Source of the DNA: an uncultured Phycisphaerales bacterium
Lineage (GTDB): Bacteria; Planctomycetota; Phycisphaerae; Sedimentisphaerales; Anaerobacaceae
Assembly (NCBI GenBank): GCA_963718665.1
Contig: OY970359.1
Location: forward strand, 1,792,001-1,856,000
DNA length: 64,000 bases
Direction of reading: 5' to 3'
This document shows positions 40,001 through 48,871 of this stretch, piece by piece; within the stretch, counting starts at the first letter, position 1, and each line of letters starts with the position of its first letter. The position numbers were made by a program, and so were the translations under genes. The notes beneath the pieces were generated by a model, which saw only the letters and a list, made by a program, of their open reading frames with translations, ran no database searches and had not been told where the DNA came from.

Positions 40001-41759
40001 CGGCGGTATTTACGCGACGGAAAGCTCCGGGCAAATCAGTGACTGCTCGTTGAACGGCAACTTTGCGGGCGTATCACCCAATGACGTTGATGTAGTCGCG
40101 GGCCAGGGCGGAGCTATATTCGGCTCGTCGATAAACGCCGATATTATTGATTGCGTCCTGACCAATAACATTTCTTCGGCGTCGGGCGCCGGAATACATA
40201 TTTACGGGCCCGTGAGTACCGAAACGATTATCAGGAACTGCCTGCTGACAGATAATCAGTCAGGTCGCGACGGCGCCGGCATCTCCATCAACTGGGGTGC
40301 CGTTGTTGCTGTCGAGAACTGCACACTATACGATAACCAAGTCACGGGTCTGTATGGCGTTTCCGGCGACACGGGGTTTGGCGGCGGATTGTATTGCTCC
40401 TATGGTGCGAGTACCGACGTCAATAACAGCATTTTCTGGGACGATAACAGTTTATTCGGTCCTGAGATTTATATAGGGACGGATACTAATTATGAGCCGA
40501 CATGCGGCAATGTTACCGTTACATTCAGCGACATTCAAGGCGGCCAGGCAGGTGTATATGTAGGTAACATAGGTATCAGTTGTCCGTTTACCTGGGGGGC
40601 GGGTAACATAAATATTGACCCGCAGTTTGTGGACGCCTCAGGCGACGATTTCCACCTGAAGAATACTACCGCCGGACAAACGGTTAACAGTCCCTGTATT
40701 GACGCGGGCGGAAATCCTGCACAATTGCAGGGGTTATTCAAGTATAGTACCTCTACTCTTGGGACGCCCGACACGGGAGTTGTGGATCTTGGCTACCATT
40801 ACCCGATAGCGAACTATTGCAGACGATGGGACCTGTTCCTCGATAACGCGATTGATTTCAAGGACCTGGCAATTTTCGCATCGTCCTGGGTTGGCGCGTT
40901 AGGCAATGAAACCTATGGTTATAACATAACAGACCTGGCAGATTTTACCGACTGCTGGCTGGCGGAGCTGCCAACAGATATAACACCACCGACGCCGAAT
41001 CCTATGACGTGGCTGATTGCACCTCGCGTAGCGACAGGGGTAGCGAATGCGGTTGAGATGGAAGCTACCATTGCGTCCGACGCCAGCGGGGCGGTTTATT
41101 ACCAGTTTGAAGACGTAAACGGCACGCCGACCGCCTGGCAGGTTGACCCCTGCTATATGGTTACTGGCCTCAACCCGACGGGTGAGTATTGTTTCAGGGT
41201 CAGGGCGCAAGACAAATATAATAACATGACAGCATGGTCCGATTACAACAGCATTACGGGTCTTGGCTGTGTAACCAATATCGGCGACGTTACTCCGCCG
41301 TCGCCGGCCCCGACGATGATAGTTTTGTCTGACCCGACAGGTAACCGCGATGACAACGACACCAGTGAACAGTTCCAGTGGTCAGCCAGTGAGTATGATT
41401 GGTGGCATAAGATTGTGGTGGATGTGACCGGTATAACCGATAATGTCACCCCGGCGGCCGACCTTGAAGTTCGCTTCATCTGCAGCGATTCTGACTTCAG
41501 CAGCGAAAACGTGATTCCTGCGACATACCTTCCGATTCGCATAGGTTACCCGGTTTCTATTGGGGCGAGGATTCCAAATGGTGTTGGTGTTCAAGAAGGC
41601 AGTTATCGGCTGACGTGGAACGGAGCCAACCAGATTGTCTATGACGTGTTTGTTAATTCGTATGGCGGCGCAGTCGGCGTAACGTTGTACTGGAAAGTGT
41701 GCGTTTACGATACTTCCGGAAACTCAGTATGCTCCGCGTCGTATCAGATTCCTCAGTAA
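31023..41759 (+). CDS. Giant exported S8 (subtilisin) serine protease with right-handed beta-helix blocks, FN3-like and InlB-B-like repeats, a vWA domain and a dockerin/EF-hand-like motif
   Basis: Signal peptide. Catalytic triad VTDTGVD, HGTHVSG, GTSMATPHV. Repeated GGG(I/V)xC/xxNCxxxN turns, MIDAS-like DTTGSM and DLFLDNAIDFKDLAIFASSW. Start at ATG 31023 or GTG 31017 after GAGGAG. Confidence 0.88.
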   Translation: MNRQILIGLVALLAVNSLLLAGQPAYKPGVVLVRFANEPNTTAKSAILNSALGRGFSVKREYTLVKGLTQVSLPAGVSVENAMASLKKSSSVMYAAPDYVSHVFVIPNDTNFGALWGMYNTGQSGGTPGADISATKAWDIATGSSSIIVAVTDTGVDYTHQDLAANMWKDPNGHFGYDFVNNDSDPMDDEGHGTHVSGTIGAVGNNAIGVTGVCWHVKIMAVKILDANGNGTTSDSISGIEYAVSNGARVINASWGYPPGVPISYLQTLYDAIAAAQSSGVIFVAAAGNNINNNNDASPVYPASFDLGNIISVMATTNTDTQAYYSNYGLTSVDIGAPGGSATGDARDILSTHLGGGYVYMAGTSMATPHVTGACALLLSIDPNLTYSDVKQILLDTADSTLPGLCVSGGRLNLFAAVQEVAVDTTPPTPNPPEWTIQPQATGLHTVTMEATTATDPSGVQYYFECVNDVNINSGWEPNTLYSFTTLSPGTTYGFKFMARDQSPQHNQTGWSTTVFTKTASGTDNLPPAPSTPVWAVQPQMIRPGTPPTIRMQAGTAYDESGVQYYFKETSTGWNSGWQSSSLCTVMNSLFNSVGPTYTFQFQVRDGSAAHNTTSWSNGASMITATGSRILKVPAVYPDINSAVTAAVSGDVVEVSPFPTFPYTYRPILYPDGYGGNVNINFKGKAITVRSIDPTNPAIVASTVIDCQEVSRAFIFKSGEVSNSILSGLTIMNGYVQGLSGTDGNDGTFGNPSNLDGSDGTAGGNAMGGAILCTSASPTISYCVIENCIAVGGAGGNGGDGADGNNYKAADPCATPPAPAVTPTRGGNGGDGSNSGMAFGGGIYADSGSSPTIQNCTISGCMVLPGTPGSGGNGGNGGQTAAGGQMPGGNAGDGGTVADVYGGGICLEENGTQIIGCNITDCNALNFNQPGQPGTVGTGTPSGDNGLTGFSGYAMGGGVYDEMVNDTVISSTNLSGNQVNSYFGGSGGGFYGLSGGNIVITMTDCNFTGNIANSNINGGGYGGGIFLGVSPTGSGGLILRNCNIVDNNAGFDGGGAYIVDVIGTEIYSSAVTGNTAIYGGGMLLENLALTVQDSNFLNNNAQEGGAAFISNGNNVNISSCGITGNSAIMPQGSGLEGGLGGGLALWQSYGQITNCLMSSNSAADEGGAVFAEGYADSMLQIANCLITNNTAVYDGGGLSNKTWAWTELLNCTVVGNSSTDATNGSGGGVSCAEDYAYVEIINSILWDNSAAYGPQIGVGTRFGSFDSPYADVDVSYSDVEGGEDQVFIQEPDVTDVWWMDGSFNADPLFANIAINQPAYYLSQFSAGQEANSPCVDAGDPTNGISSLESIVGFPLTTRTDLVEDTGIVDIGYHYAVGSAGTYPLTIQVYEYDPNEGGHGRLKAKTAPLNDTQFDINDPNTIQVDQGTVVNLTAFNIDTGYRVWYWSGTDNDNSTAVTNTVTMNSNKTVTVAFEPNGLYYLTVTVIGNGTVTPNGRTLHTPGEVVTLTATPANSADTVIWIGTDNDNSDGQTNTVTMTGNMNVTVEFYTPRILYVGGDSDYSSLQTAIDDANERDIIILMPSNQPYFTQWGYTIVGRNITISSINPDDPCVVASTIIQQAVGKGGNVNPAFEFEDVGPLMRLQGITIHGFSGVGDYGFDGNPSQNGHYDGEAGSTIPAMGIWCAYYASPTIENCVIDDCYSRGGNGGKGATGDSTHPNGGNGGWPGGAWGSGLTCYPYYNNNPTVINCTFSNCTAVGGNGGDGGNGNTTPSGRGGRGGGWYYDYILPSPWEDWSYLGGLPKDWSGLGGAVYVGYGCAPIFEDCNFINNTSSGGLNGICGQNQPSTAIDEPSIYYKIDNLGGAVYLAEGSSAEFDNCTFTANIADTNKLPASFDGFLGYGGAIATDDYAAPVINNCSFSNNTGDVGGGVYSILSYAEVNDCNFSGNTASHGGGLLFTDSVAYITASAFSGNVGIISGSDGGAIALLGTNAEVADCNVANNQTGGSGGGIYISSKNIDGNEIEGENYVLVKNCLITGNSADQDGGGISVSWYSDPNIVNCTIFNNQVTGLGGGLFSSYGSYVNVLNSIIWDNKAGIGSDGSQIAVGGGSLPSAVQVYYSDVQDANDPCAWANNINALDFVICFDTTGSMGNDITAVGNAAGQIVNAIAAEFASYRFALVDFRDYPDGNHGALTDWAYRDRVRFTTDANALISGIQQMVAGGGADNPEAIYTALMHSIDANALVARLTANGYANFIDPNSPGLGDWRQGNKVMRVIMVLSDAPPHDPEPYTNYVLNDIITAANGANPIHIIPVVIRGDPTAESAMSPVAVGTGGILIPTTDDNTVPGAVLNAIGLLSQIPTPISLGPGSTINWDPNTFTWGLNSHNINADPLFIGGFFLSQIAAGQPAPDSPCVNTGSANVNSPDINLGGYTTRTDSVPDVGIVDMGYHYSVFTPPQYYLNFTAISGNGLGSSNISPSSGYFNWYETIPLQVTVPVPTGSQVLWAGTDNDNLTGPANSVTMNENKTVTVAFVNNSCNLTVQVVGNNGGTVTPMSGTYSRGTVVTLTATPASGYRIDSWQGTDNDSSYAQTNTVTMNGDKTVEVTFSLPQTLTVPGTYSSIQDAIEAARSGDIVSVASGVYNGSQITINKEITIASTNPDDPCVVAATVINSNGYANIAVVFGSGSTGNTVLDGFTITGGTYNPIDAVAPTGVGANGNDGGSIGGGAVYISTGSSPTIRNCVIRDTNITGGNASNGNAADATHPAGRGGWAGGSYGGGVFVDSGASPTFINCTVTNCSAIGGNAGNGGASSGTLGAGYEDANHGGSWSDANTFPYQSLIGSNGQPYSADYEFYTGLGGGVFCNANSVATFIDCNITNNIASGGMSGIGGDRPFVRPDPVTAYRIPSYGGGVFCAPNSSVYFIGCNVTGNVSPKPDATYHIDPYLGHGGGIACVSGADIQLENCTISGNTSAVGGGVFWIGGSPAVLDCNIINNIAYVGGGIYATESSGQISDCSLNGNFAGVSPNDVDVVAGQGGAIFGSSINADIIDCVLTNNISSASGAGIHIYGPVSTETIIRNCLLTDNQSGRDGAGISINWGAVVAVENCTLYDNQVTGLYGVSGDTGFGGGLYCSYGASTDVNNSIFWDDNSLFGPEIYIGTDTNYEPTCGNVTVTFSDIQGGQAGVYVGNIGISCPFTWGAGNINIDPQFVDASGDDFHLKNTTAGQTVNSPCIDAGGNPAQLQGLFKYSTSTLGTPDTGVVDLGYHYPIANYCRRWDLFLDNAIDFKDLAIFASSWVGALGNETYGYNITDLADFTDCWLAELPTDITPPTPNPMTWLIAPRVATGVANAVEMEATIASDASGAVYYQFEDVNGTPTAWQVDPCYMVTGLNPTGEYCFRVRAQDKYNNMTAWSDYNSITGLGCVTNIGDVTPPSPAPTMIVLSDPTGNRDDNDTSEQFQWSASEYDWWHKIVVDVTGITDNVTPAADLEVRFICSDSDFSSENVIPATYLPIRIGYPVSIGARIPNGVGVQEGSYRLTWNGANQIVYDVFVNSYGGAVGVTLYWKVCVYDTSGNSVCSASYQIPQ

Positions 41760-41790
41760 TAGCGACGAGCGGAAATGAAGGAGTGAAAAT

Positions 41791-41822
41791 AAAAGGCCCC
41801 GGTTTTCACCGGGGCCTTTTTT
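41791..41822. terminator. Bidirectional intrinsic terminator between the protease gene and aroC
   Basis: AAAAGGCCCCGGT-tttc-ACCGGGGCCTTTTTT between convergent genes. Confidence 0.85.
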
Positions 41823-41828
41823 GTTGTG

Positions 41829-43163
41829 TTATTTTGCGTAGTGCAGGTTTTTTATGTGCTGGTAGCCGAAATGAGCAAGCAGGTGGTCGAGCAGCACAAT
41901 AGCGGTGTAATTTTCCGCAACGGGCCAGATTCTGGCGGTGATTGTGGGGTCACGGCGTGTTATAGCCGCTAATTGCTTGTTTTCGAGGGTGTATTTGTCG
42001 ATGGTGTGCTGCGGTTTTGCGATTGTTGGGGTGGGTTTGACTGCGAGACGGACGACTATCGGCTGACCCGTTGCCAGGCCTCCGGTGATACCACCCGCGT
42101 TATTAGTGTCGAAAACCACTTTGCCGTTTTTGGCCTGCATCTGGTCGTTGTCCTGGTAGCCGGTCATATCTTTTACCGCCATACCAGCACCGACTTCGAC
42201 TGCCTTGACTGCGCCGATACCGAGCATCCTGCCAAGTTCAGCGTCGAGCTTGCAGAAAACCGGTTCGCCAAGTCCGGTTGGCACGCCCAGGGCAACGACT
42301 TCCACCAGGCCGCCCGCTGAATCGCCGTCCGCGGAGATTTTATTGCAGGCGTCGGTCATTGCCTGCGCGGCGTCAATATCAGGGCAGTTGACGATATGGT
42401 GAACGCCGTATTTGTCTTTGACTTGTTTTGCAGTGATTTTCGGCGTTTTGTCGCGTATGGCATCGATTTCCTTCTCGATTTGTGCGAAGACGGCTGCCTT
42501 TTCGAGGAAGCGCATATTCATATTGACCCGGCCTTTGACGTAGATTTCCTGGTAGAAGGGGTCGAGGTCGCATCGCATCTTTTTGTAATTCTCGGTTTGT
42601 TGAAACGCCTTATTGTGGTCGATATCGGGGCATCGGACGCCGGCGATTTCCTTAACATAGGCGAAGACGCTTATGCCGCATTTTTTGAGGACTTTTTTTG
42701 CGACGTAGCCGGCGGCGACGATGGTTGAGGTATATCGTCCGCTGAAGAATCCTGCGCCGATAGAATCGTCGTCGGGGCCATATTTGACGAATGACGCCCA
42801 GGATGCGTGGCCGGGGCGAGGCGTGCGGTTGGTGTCCTGATATTGCTTGACGTGGACAAAATGCCGGTCGAGGTTCGGTATCAGGATAGTCAAAGGCGTG
42901 CCATTGGTGTGGTTTTTGTTGCCCGCGTTTTCGATTGTGTCCTCGGCGTTTAGTCCTGAGTAGATTATTGGTAAATCCGGCTCTTTGCGGGGGCTGGATA
43001 GCTCATCAGCGCCTGGTTTTCGCAGGAGTAAGTCGCCGTAAATTTCCTGCTCTGTCAGGGGTATTGCCGGCGGATGACCCTGCACGACAGCAGTGAGGCC
43101 TTCCTGATACGACCCGCCCGCGACCGTTACCTGAAACATTCTTCCGATATGGCAGCCAATCAT
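41829..43163 (-). CDS. aroC: Chorismate synthase (divergent, with a large internal insertion)
   Basis: PRPGHA, GDSAGG, GLGEPVF.KLDA, NNAGGITGG and KPTPTI. Downstream of aroA. ATG 43163 after AAGGAG. Confidence 0.85.
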   Translation of the reverse strand: MIGCHIGRMFQVTVAGGSYQEGLTAVVQGHPPAIPLTEQEIYGDLLLRKPGADELSSPRKEPDLPIIYSGLNAEDTIENAGNKNHTNGTPLTILIPNLDRHFVHVKQYQDTNRTPRPGHASWASFVKYGPDDDSIGAGFFSGRYTSTIVAAGYVAKKVLKKCGISVFAYVKEIAGVRCPDIDHNKAFQQTENYKKMRCDLDPFYQEIYVKGRVNMNMRFLEKAAVFAQIEKEIDAIRDKTPKITAKQVKDKYGVHHIVNCPDIDAAQAMTDACNKISADGDSAGGLVEVVALGVPTGLGEPVFCKLDAELGRMLGIGAVKAVEVGAGMAVKDMTGYQDNDQMQAKNGKVVFDTNNAGGITGGLATGQPIVVRLAVKPTPTIAKPQHTIDKYTLENKQLAAITRRDPTITARIWPVAENYTAIVLLDHLLAHFGYQHIKNLHYAK

Positions 43164-43176
43164 ATTTTTCTCCTTT

Positions 43177-43237
43177 AGCCCGTGAGATAACCAACTCACG
43201 GACTTGTCTGTTATTCCCGGATATTATCTCACGGGCT
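43177..43237 (-). repeat. 61-bp palindromic REP/MITE-like element (divergent copy)
   Basis: 14-bp inverted termini AGCCCGTGAGATAA/TTATCTCACGGGCT. Interior is related to the other copies. Confidence 0.85.
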
Positions 43238-43248
43238 GGATGTTAATT

Positions 43249-44514
43249 TTATATTTGCACCAAGTTCTGCATCAGTTTAGCATATTCCGGGAAAGTAACA
43301 CTCATTGCTTCGGCGGAGCCGATTGTACACTGGCCTTTCATTGCCATAGCGGCAATCGACAGCGCCATTACAATGCGGTGGTCGCCTCTGCCGTCGAGAA
43401 TCGCCGGTTTTGGGTTACTGTGTTTGATTATGAGGCCATCGGGTAGCTCCTCGGTATCGATGCCAAGTTTTTTAAGTTCTTCGGCCATACATTTGATACG
43501 GTCTGTTTCTTTTGCTCTCGCCTGCGGGACGTTTACGAGACGAGTTTGACCTTGGGCGAATGCGCCGACGACCGCCATAGCGGGCAGGGTGTCGGGCGTG
43601 GCGTTCATATCGATTTCGATGCCTTTGAGTTGTGATTGCCTGACGGTTATCGAATCATTGCCAATCGATATGTCAGCACCCATTGCTTTTAGATACTCGA
43701 CGACGGCTTTATCCGGCTGGCTGTCTGAAAAGTCGAGACCTTTGAGCGTTACGCCATCACCGATAAGGGCTGCTGCGCACAGGAAGAACGTTGCGCTGGA
43801 GAAATCCGCGGGCACGGTCGCATCGAAGGATTTATATTGCTGGCCGCCCCTGATTTTGAAATTAAACAAGCCGTCGTTATCGTATTTAATCGATTGCTTA
43901 TCAAGCCAGTCGAGCGTCATTTGGACATATCCCGGCTCGTTGAGGAGGGTAACGTTAATGTCGGTGTCTTTTTCGGCAAGCGGCGTGCACATAAGCAGGG
44001 AGGTGAGATACTGGCTGCTGAACGCGGCGATTGATGTTTTGCCGCCGATTAGCCGGCCTGTTACGGTTGCGGGGGCTTTGCCGTTATTTTTCAGGCAGAC
44101 GCATTTTGCTCCCAGCTCGTTTAGTGAATCAATCAGCGGGCCGATGGGTCGCGACTGGATTTGTTCGTCGCCGGTGAAGTGCGTTGTTTGGCCTGCAGGC
44201 GAGAGGGCAGCGGAACCAAGAGCGATACGCAGCGTTGTTCCTGAATTGCCGACGTCTATAATTTCTTTTGGGGGGAGGACTTGCCCCGCGATGCCGGTAA
44301 CCTTCCAGCAATCGTTATTTAAGGCGTCTATTTTTGCGCCGAGTGAGCGGTAGCAGGATATCGCGGAAAGGGTGTCGCCTGAGATGAGCGGGCTGCGGAT
44401 TGAGCTTTCGCCTTTGGCAAGCGAGGCGATTGCCACGGCGCGAATCGTGTGTGATTTCGAGCCGGGAATGGCGACTGTGCCCTTCAACCGGGATTTCCCT
44501 GTTATAAGCTGCAT
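43249..44514 (-). CDS. aroA: 3-phosphoshikimate 1-carboxyvinyltransferase (EPSP synthase)
   Basis: PGSKSHTIRA, DVGNSGTTLR, SSQYLTSLL, RAKETDRI and DHRIVMA. Confidence 0.95.
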   Translation of the reverse strand: MQLITGKSRLKGTVAIPGSKSHTIRAVAIASLAKGESSIRSPLISGDTLSAISCYRSLGAKIDALNNDCWKVTGIAGQVLPPKEIIDVGNSGTTLRIALGSAALSPAGQTTHFTGDEQIQSRPIGPLIDSLNELGAKCVCLKNNGKAPATVTGRLIGGKTSIAAFSSQYLTSLLMCTPLAEKDTDINVTLLNEPGYVQMTLDWLDKQSIKYDNDGLFNFKIRGGQQYKSFDATVPADFSSATFFLCAAALIGDGVTLKGLDFSDSQPDKAVVEYLKAMGADISIGNDSITVRQSQLKGIEIDMNATPDTLPAMAVVGAFAQGQTRLVNVPQARAKETDRIKCMAEELKKLGIDTEELPDGLIIKHSNPKPAILDGRGDHRIVMALSIAAMAMKGQCTIGSAEAMSVTFPEYAKLMQNLVQI

Positions 44515-44583
44515 AGCTGGGGATATTTTACCCTGATGATTGGGATTTGTCCTGCAAAATCAGGAGTTTTGGGCTTGAGAGGC

Positions 44584-44624
44584 AAAATAAAACCCGCCGG
44601 TCAGTTTTAGACCAACCGGCGGGT
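44584..44624 (-). terminator. Intrinsic terminator after the lipoprotein gene
   Basis: 10-bp stem ACCCGCCGGT/ACCGGCGGGT followed on the minus strand by a T-rich tail. Confidence 0.75.
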
Positions 44625-44648
44625 AAGATATTCAAATGTAACTAAGTT

Positions 44649-45458
44649 TTAGTTCCAGACTTTGATGCCCGGAATTTCTTTGCCGTCAGCGCCAACGACG
44701 CGGAGCATAAACTGGTATTCGCCCGTGTCCTGGTCAACTTTGATTAAGAGCAGGTTTTTGCCCTTGTTGAGTTTTACCTTGTGGGTTTCCTGGTCCATTT
44801 CCATTGCGCGATATTCGTGCACTGTGGCGATTAGCTGGTGATTTATCCAGAGCTTGTAGCCGTCGTCTGAGCCAACCCTGACTTCGACATCTTTATCCGT
44901 GTCTGCATCGAGCCAGCAGGCACTGTAAGTCAGGATTTGCGGCTGCTGTGGCTCCAGCTTGAGATGCGGGACGTCGAAAAAGTTGACCGTCGTATCGGCT
45001 GATTGATACGGCTGCCATTTCAATGCCGTGCCGTTGGGTTCTTTGATTTCCATACCGTTTGTGGGCGTGAAGGCCATTTCGCCGCCGTAGTTTTTCAGGT
45101 AGTCCGTGTTAAAGCCCTTGTTGTCGGGTCTTTCGCCGGGGTTGGGGAATGGCCCCACAATCAGCCAGTTGCTAACGAAACCTTGCTCCTCAGCCCAGTT
45201 CTTTGCGAGGTTAAAGGGGCCAAGTGTTGGGCCGGCAACAGCGGCGGCTGGTTTTGGTGCGGGTGCAGGTACGGGTGTCGGTGCTGGTTTTGCTTCCGCT
45301 GCCGGTTTTACTGCTGCAGCAGGTTTCTCAGCGGGTGCGGTTGCCTTTACCTCTTTTGCCTTGGGGCTTGCTGCTTCTTCCTGGCATCCGGCTATTACCG
45401 CGCACAGGGCTGCAAGGCACAACACTAACATCATCGTGCGAAACTGACTCTTGTTCAT
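44649..45458 (-). CDS. Lipoprotein with Pro/Ala-rich linker and PA14-like beta-sandwich domain
   Basis: Lipobox-like VIAG-C. WLIVGPF, GSDDGYKLWIN and LNKGKNLLLIKV. Confidence 0.75.
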   Translation of the reverse strand: MNKSQFRTMMLVLCLAALCAVIAGCQEEAASPKAKEVKATAPAEKPAAAVKPAAEAKPAPTPVPAPAPKPAAAVAGPTLGPFNLAKNWAEEQGFVSNWLIVGPFPNPGERPDNKGFNTDYLKNYGGEMAFTPTNGMEIKEPNGTALKWQPYQSADTTVNFFDVPHLKLEPQQPQILTYSACWLDADTDKDVEVRVGSDDGYKLWINHQLIATVHEYRAMEMDQETHKVKLNKGKNLLLIKVDQDTGEYQFMLRVVGADGKEIPGIKVWN

Positions 45459-45614
45459 AATCCAACTCCTTTCTGAAAAATTGTCCGTAAGATAGCTTCA
45501 ACCAAACGCTATGTCGGCATCTTAACGTTTTTGCCGTGTTCGTAAGCTAACAATCGGGGGGGCGTCCTGCAAGAGATTTTTTCTTTTCATTCGGGCGGTT
45601 CGACTTGGCTCGCC

Positions 45615-46232
45615 TCAGGCGGTTTGGAGCTGATTTTGTGCCCGAATGACGGCGGCAGCGTCGCTTAAGACGAGTTGTTTGACTAATTCGGCCGGGATAA
45701 CGGGCAGGCCCAGATTGAAAACCTTTTCCTCCACCATTGAGGCGACGGTTCTGGCGGTCTGCCTGTGCAGGCGGTGTTTTGTGACTAAGTATTCGACAAT
45801 CAGGGATTTATCCCATTTGCAACGGGGCTGGTCTGAATAGTCGGTGTAAAGCTCCTCGGCGTCGGACAGCCCGTCGAGCCGGCCGCGGATGACTTCGACC
45901 CGGCAGCGTTTCAGCTTTCGCTCGAAATGATGCTCGCTGACCGCTATTGCCGCCTCCTCGAAACCTGTGTCGGCGAGGACTGTTTTTATTATCGAAAGTA
46001 TCTCGCGGGCACTGATGCTGATTTGCGAATCGCCAGGTTGAGCTGTGCGGTAAAGGAAAAAGGTTACTGCATCCGCGATTTCCTGTGCGGCGTGTATATC
46101 GGGGCGGCCTGCTGAGCCGAGGGCGTTTGCGATGGTCCCGATGACCTTGGTATGAAAATACTCCTCGCTTGTGCCGTCGGCTTTGACGACTGTCAATTTT
46201 GGCGTCCTTGCCGTCATAATTGTACCCTGCAC
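45615..46232 (-). CDS. Stand-alone ATP-cone domain protein
   Basis: VVKADGTSEEYFHTKV...ISAREILSIIKTVL, then a second cone-like segment WDKSLIVEYL...A.TVASMVEEKV. Follows nrdR. Confidence 0.65.
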   Translation of the reverse strand: MQGTIMTARTPKLTVVKADGTSEEYFHTKVIGTIANALGSAGRPDIHAAQEIADAVTFFLYRTAQPGDSQISISAREILSIIKTVLADTGFEEAAIAVSEHHFERKLKRCRVEVIRGRLDGLSDAEELYTDYSDQPRCKWDKSLIVEYLVTKHRLHRQTARTVASMVEEKVFNLGLPVIPAELVKQLVLSDAAAVIRAQNQLQTA

Positions 46233-46250
46233 AAATTGTTCGTGCCCGGC

Positions 46251-46739
46251 TTACTGGAAGAGCTTCGGCTGTCCCGTTGTGTCGGGCTGCGATATTGCCT
46301 GGGTTATTTCATCAATAAACTCGCCGGCGTCCTTGAAATCGCGATAGACGCTGGCGAAACGGATATACGCCACTTTATCAACGTCGCGAAGGTGTTTTAT
46401 AACGCTTTCGCCGATGAAGGAGCTGGTAACCTCCTTGTCGAAGTTTTTGAAAATGTCCTCTTCGACCTTGTCGGCAATCAGTCGAATCTGCTCGGCGGAA
46501 ACGGAGCGTTTGTAACAGGCCTTCTGAAGACCTACTATAACTTTTTCTCTGTCATAAGGGACGCGGGAGCTGTCTTTTTTGATGACGTACATTCTGAAGC
46601 TCTCGCAGGTTTTTTCGTAAGTGGTGAAGCGCTTGTTACACGACAGGCACTGGCGTCTGCGTCGGATGATTCGTCCGCCGTCGCTGGAGCGAGAGTCGAT
46701 TACTTTATCCTGCTCTTCCTTACAGAAGGGACATCTCAC
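46251..46739 (-). CDS. nrdR: Transcriptional repressor NrdR
   Basis: RCPFC, VIDSR, IRRRRQCLSCNKRFTTYE, ATP cone and VAYIRFASVYRDF. Confidence 0.96.
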   Translation of the reverse strand: MRCPFCKEEQDKVIDSRSSDGGRIIRRRRQCLSCNKRFTTYEKTCESFRMYVIKKDSSRVPYDREKVIVGLQKACYKRSVSAEQIRLIADKVEEDIFKNFDKEVTSSFIGESVIKHLRDVDKVAYIRFASVYRDFKDAGEFIDEITQAISQPDTTGQPKLFQ

Positions 46740-46897
46740 GGCGTTATCCCACCTCGCTTTCAATCAACCCGTATGTTAACAAAACAAACTCCGGCTGCGC
46801 TTATACACTCACAACCAGCAGACGCATTGTAAAAACACTTCGCTGAATGTGTCAAAGAAAATCCGCGAATAATCGCATTAGCCGAAGGCGGGCCCCA

Positions 46898-46965
46898 TTA
46901 GCCCCGTTAGAAAAAAACCGTAATACGGAACTTTATGATAAATCGCAGCTTTCTAACGGGGCTAA
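46898..46965. repeat. Palindromic REP/MITE-like element (CCCGTTAGAAA...TTTCTAACGGG family)
   Basis: Perfect 16-bp inverted termini TTAGCCCCGTTAGAAA/TTTCTAACGGGGCTAA. Second copy at 48981-49041. Confidence 0.8.
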
Positions 46966-47043
46966 CGGGGCGGGTCTGATTTTCTTTTTGACAATCCCGG
47001 TCAATCAATTAGCATAAGCGCCATATTATAAAACCTGATTTTC

Positions 47044-47103
47044 AGCCCGTGAGATAAAATGGGCAATTAAAGGCAAGTCCGTGAGCTGGTTATCTCACGG
47101 GCT
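47044..47103 (+). repeat. 60-bp palindromic REP/MITE-like element
   Basis: One mismatch to the copies at 48764 and 50443. 14-bp inverted termini. Confidence 0.9.
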
Positions 47104-47117
47104 AAAGGAGCAGTCAA

Positions 47118-48653
<1,536 letters not shown>

Positions 48654-48708
48654 TGACGGTACGGCTTTTTTACGGCGATTTCTATTTTCGATGAGGGGGC
48701 GGAAAAGT

Positions 48709-48737
48709 TTGACAGTTTGAAGCCGGGAATCTACAAT
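48709..48737 (+). promoter_or_regulatory. Putative sigma70-type promoter for the dnaB-bamA-lpx cluster
   Basis: TTGACA-17 nt-TACAAT. Confidence 0.7.
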
Positions 48738-48763
48738 GCGGTTTTGCCCGGCGTTTCAGTTTC

Positions 48764-48823
48764 AGCCCGTGAGATAAAACGGGCAATTAAAGGCAAGTCC
48801 GTGAGCTGGTTATCTCACGGGCT
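48764..48823 (+). repeat. 60-bp palindromic REP/MITE-like element
   Basis: Identical to 50443-50502. Confidence 0.9.
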
Positions 48824-48871
48824 AAATTGTTACGGCGGGTTTTTGTGTGTTTTCAACGGGATGACAAGGGA

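Noticed and set aside
43589..44353. 254-aa plus-strand ORF
   Set aside because: Antisense shadow of aroA.
46764..46900. NrdR box upstream of nrdR
   Set aside because: No convincing match to the acaCwAtATaTwGtgt palindrome.
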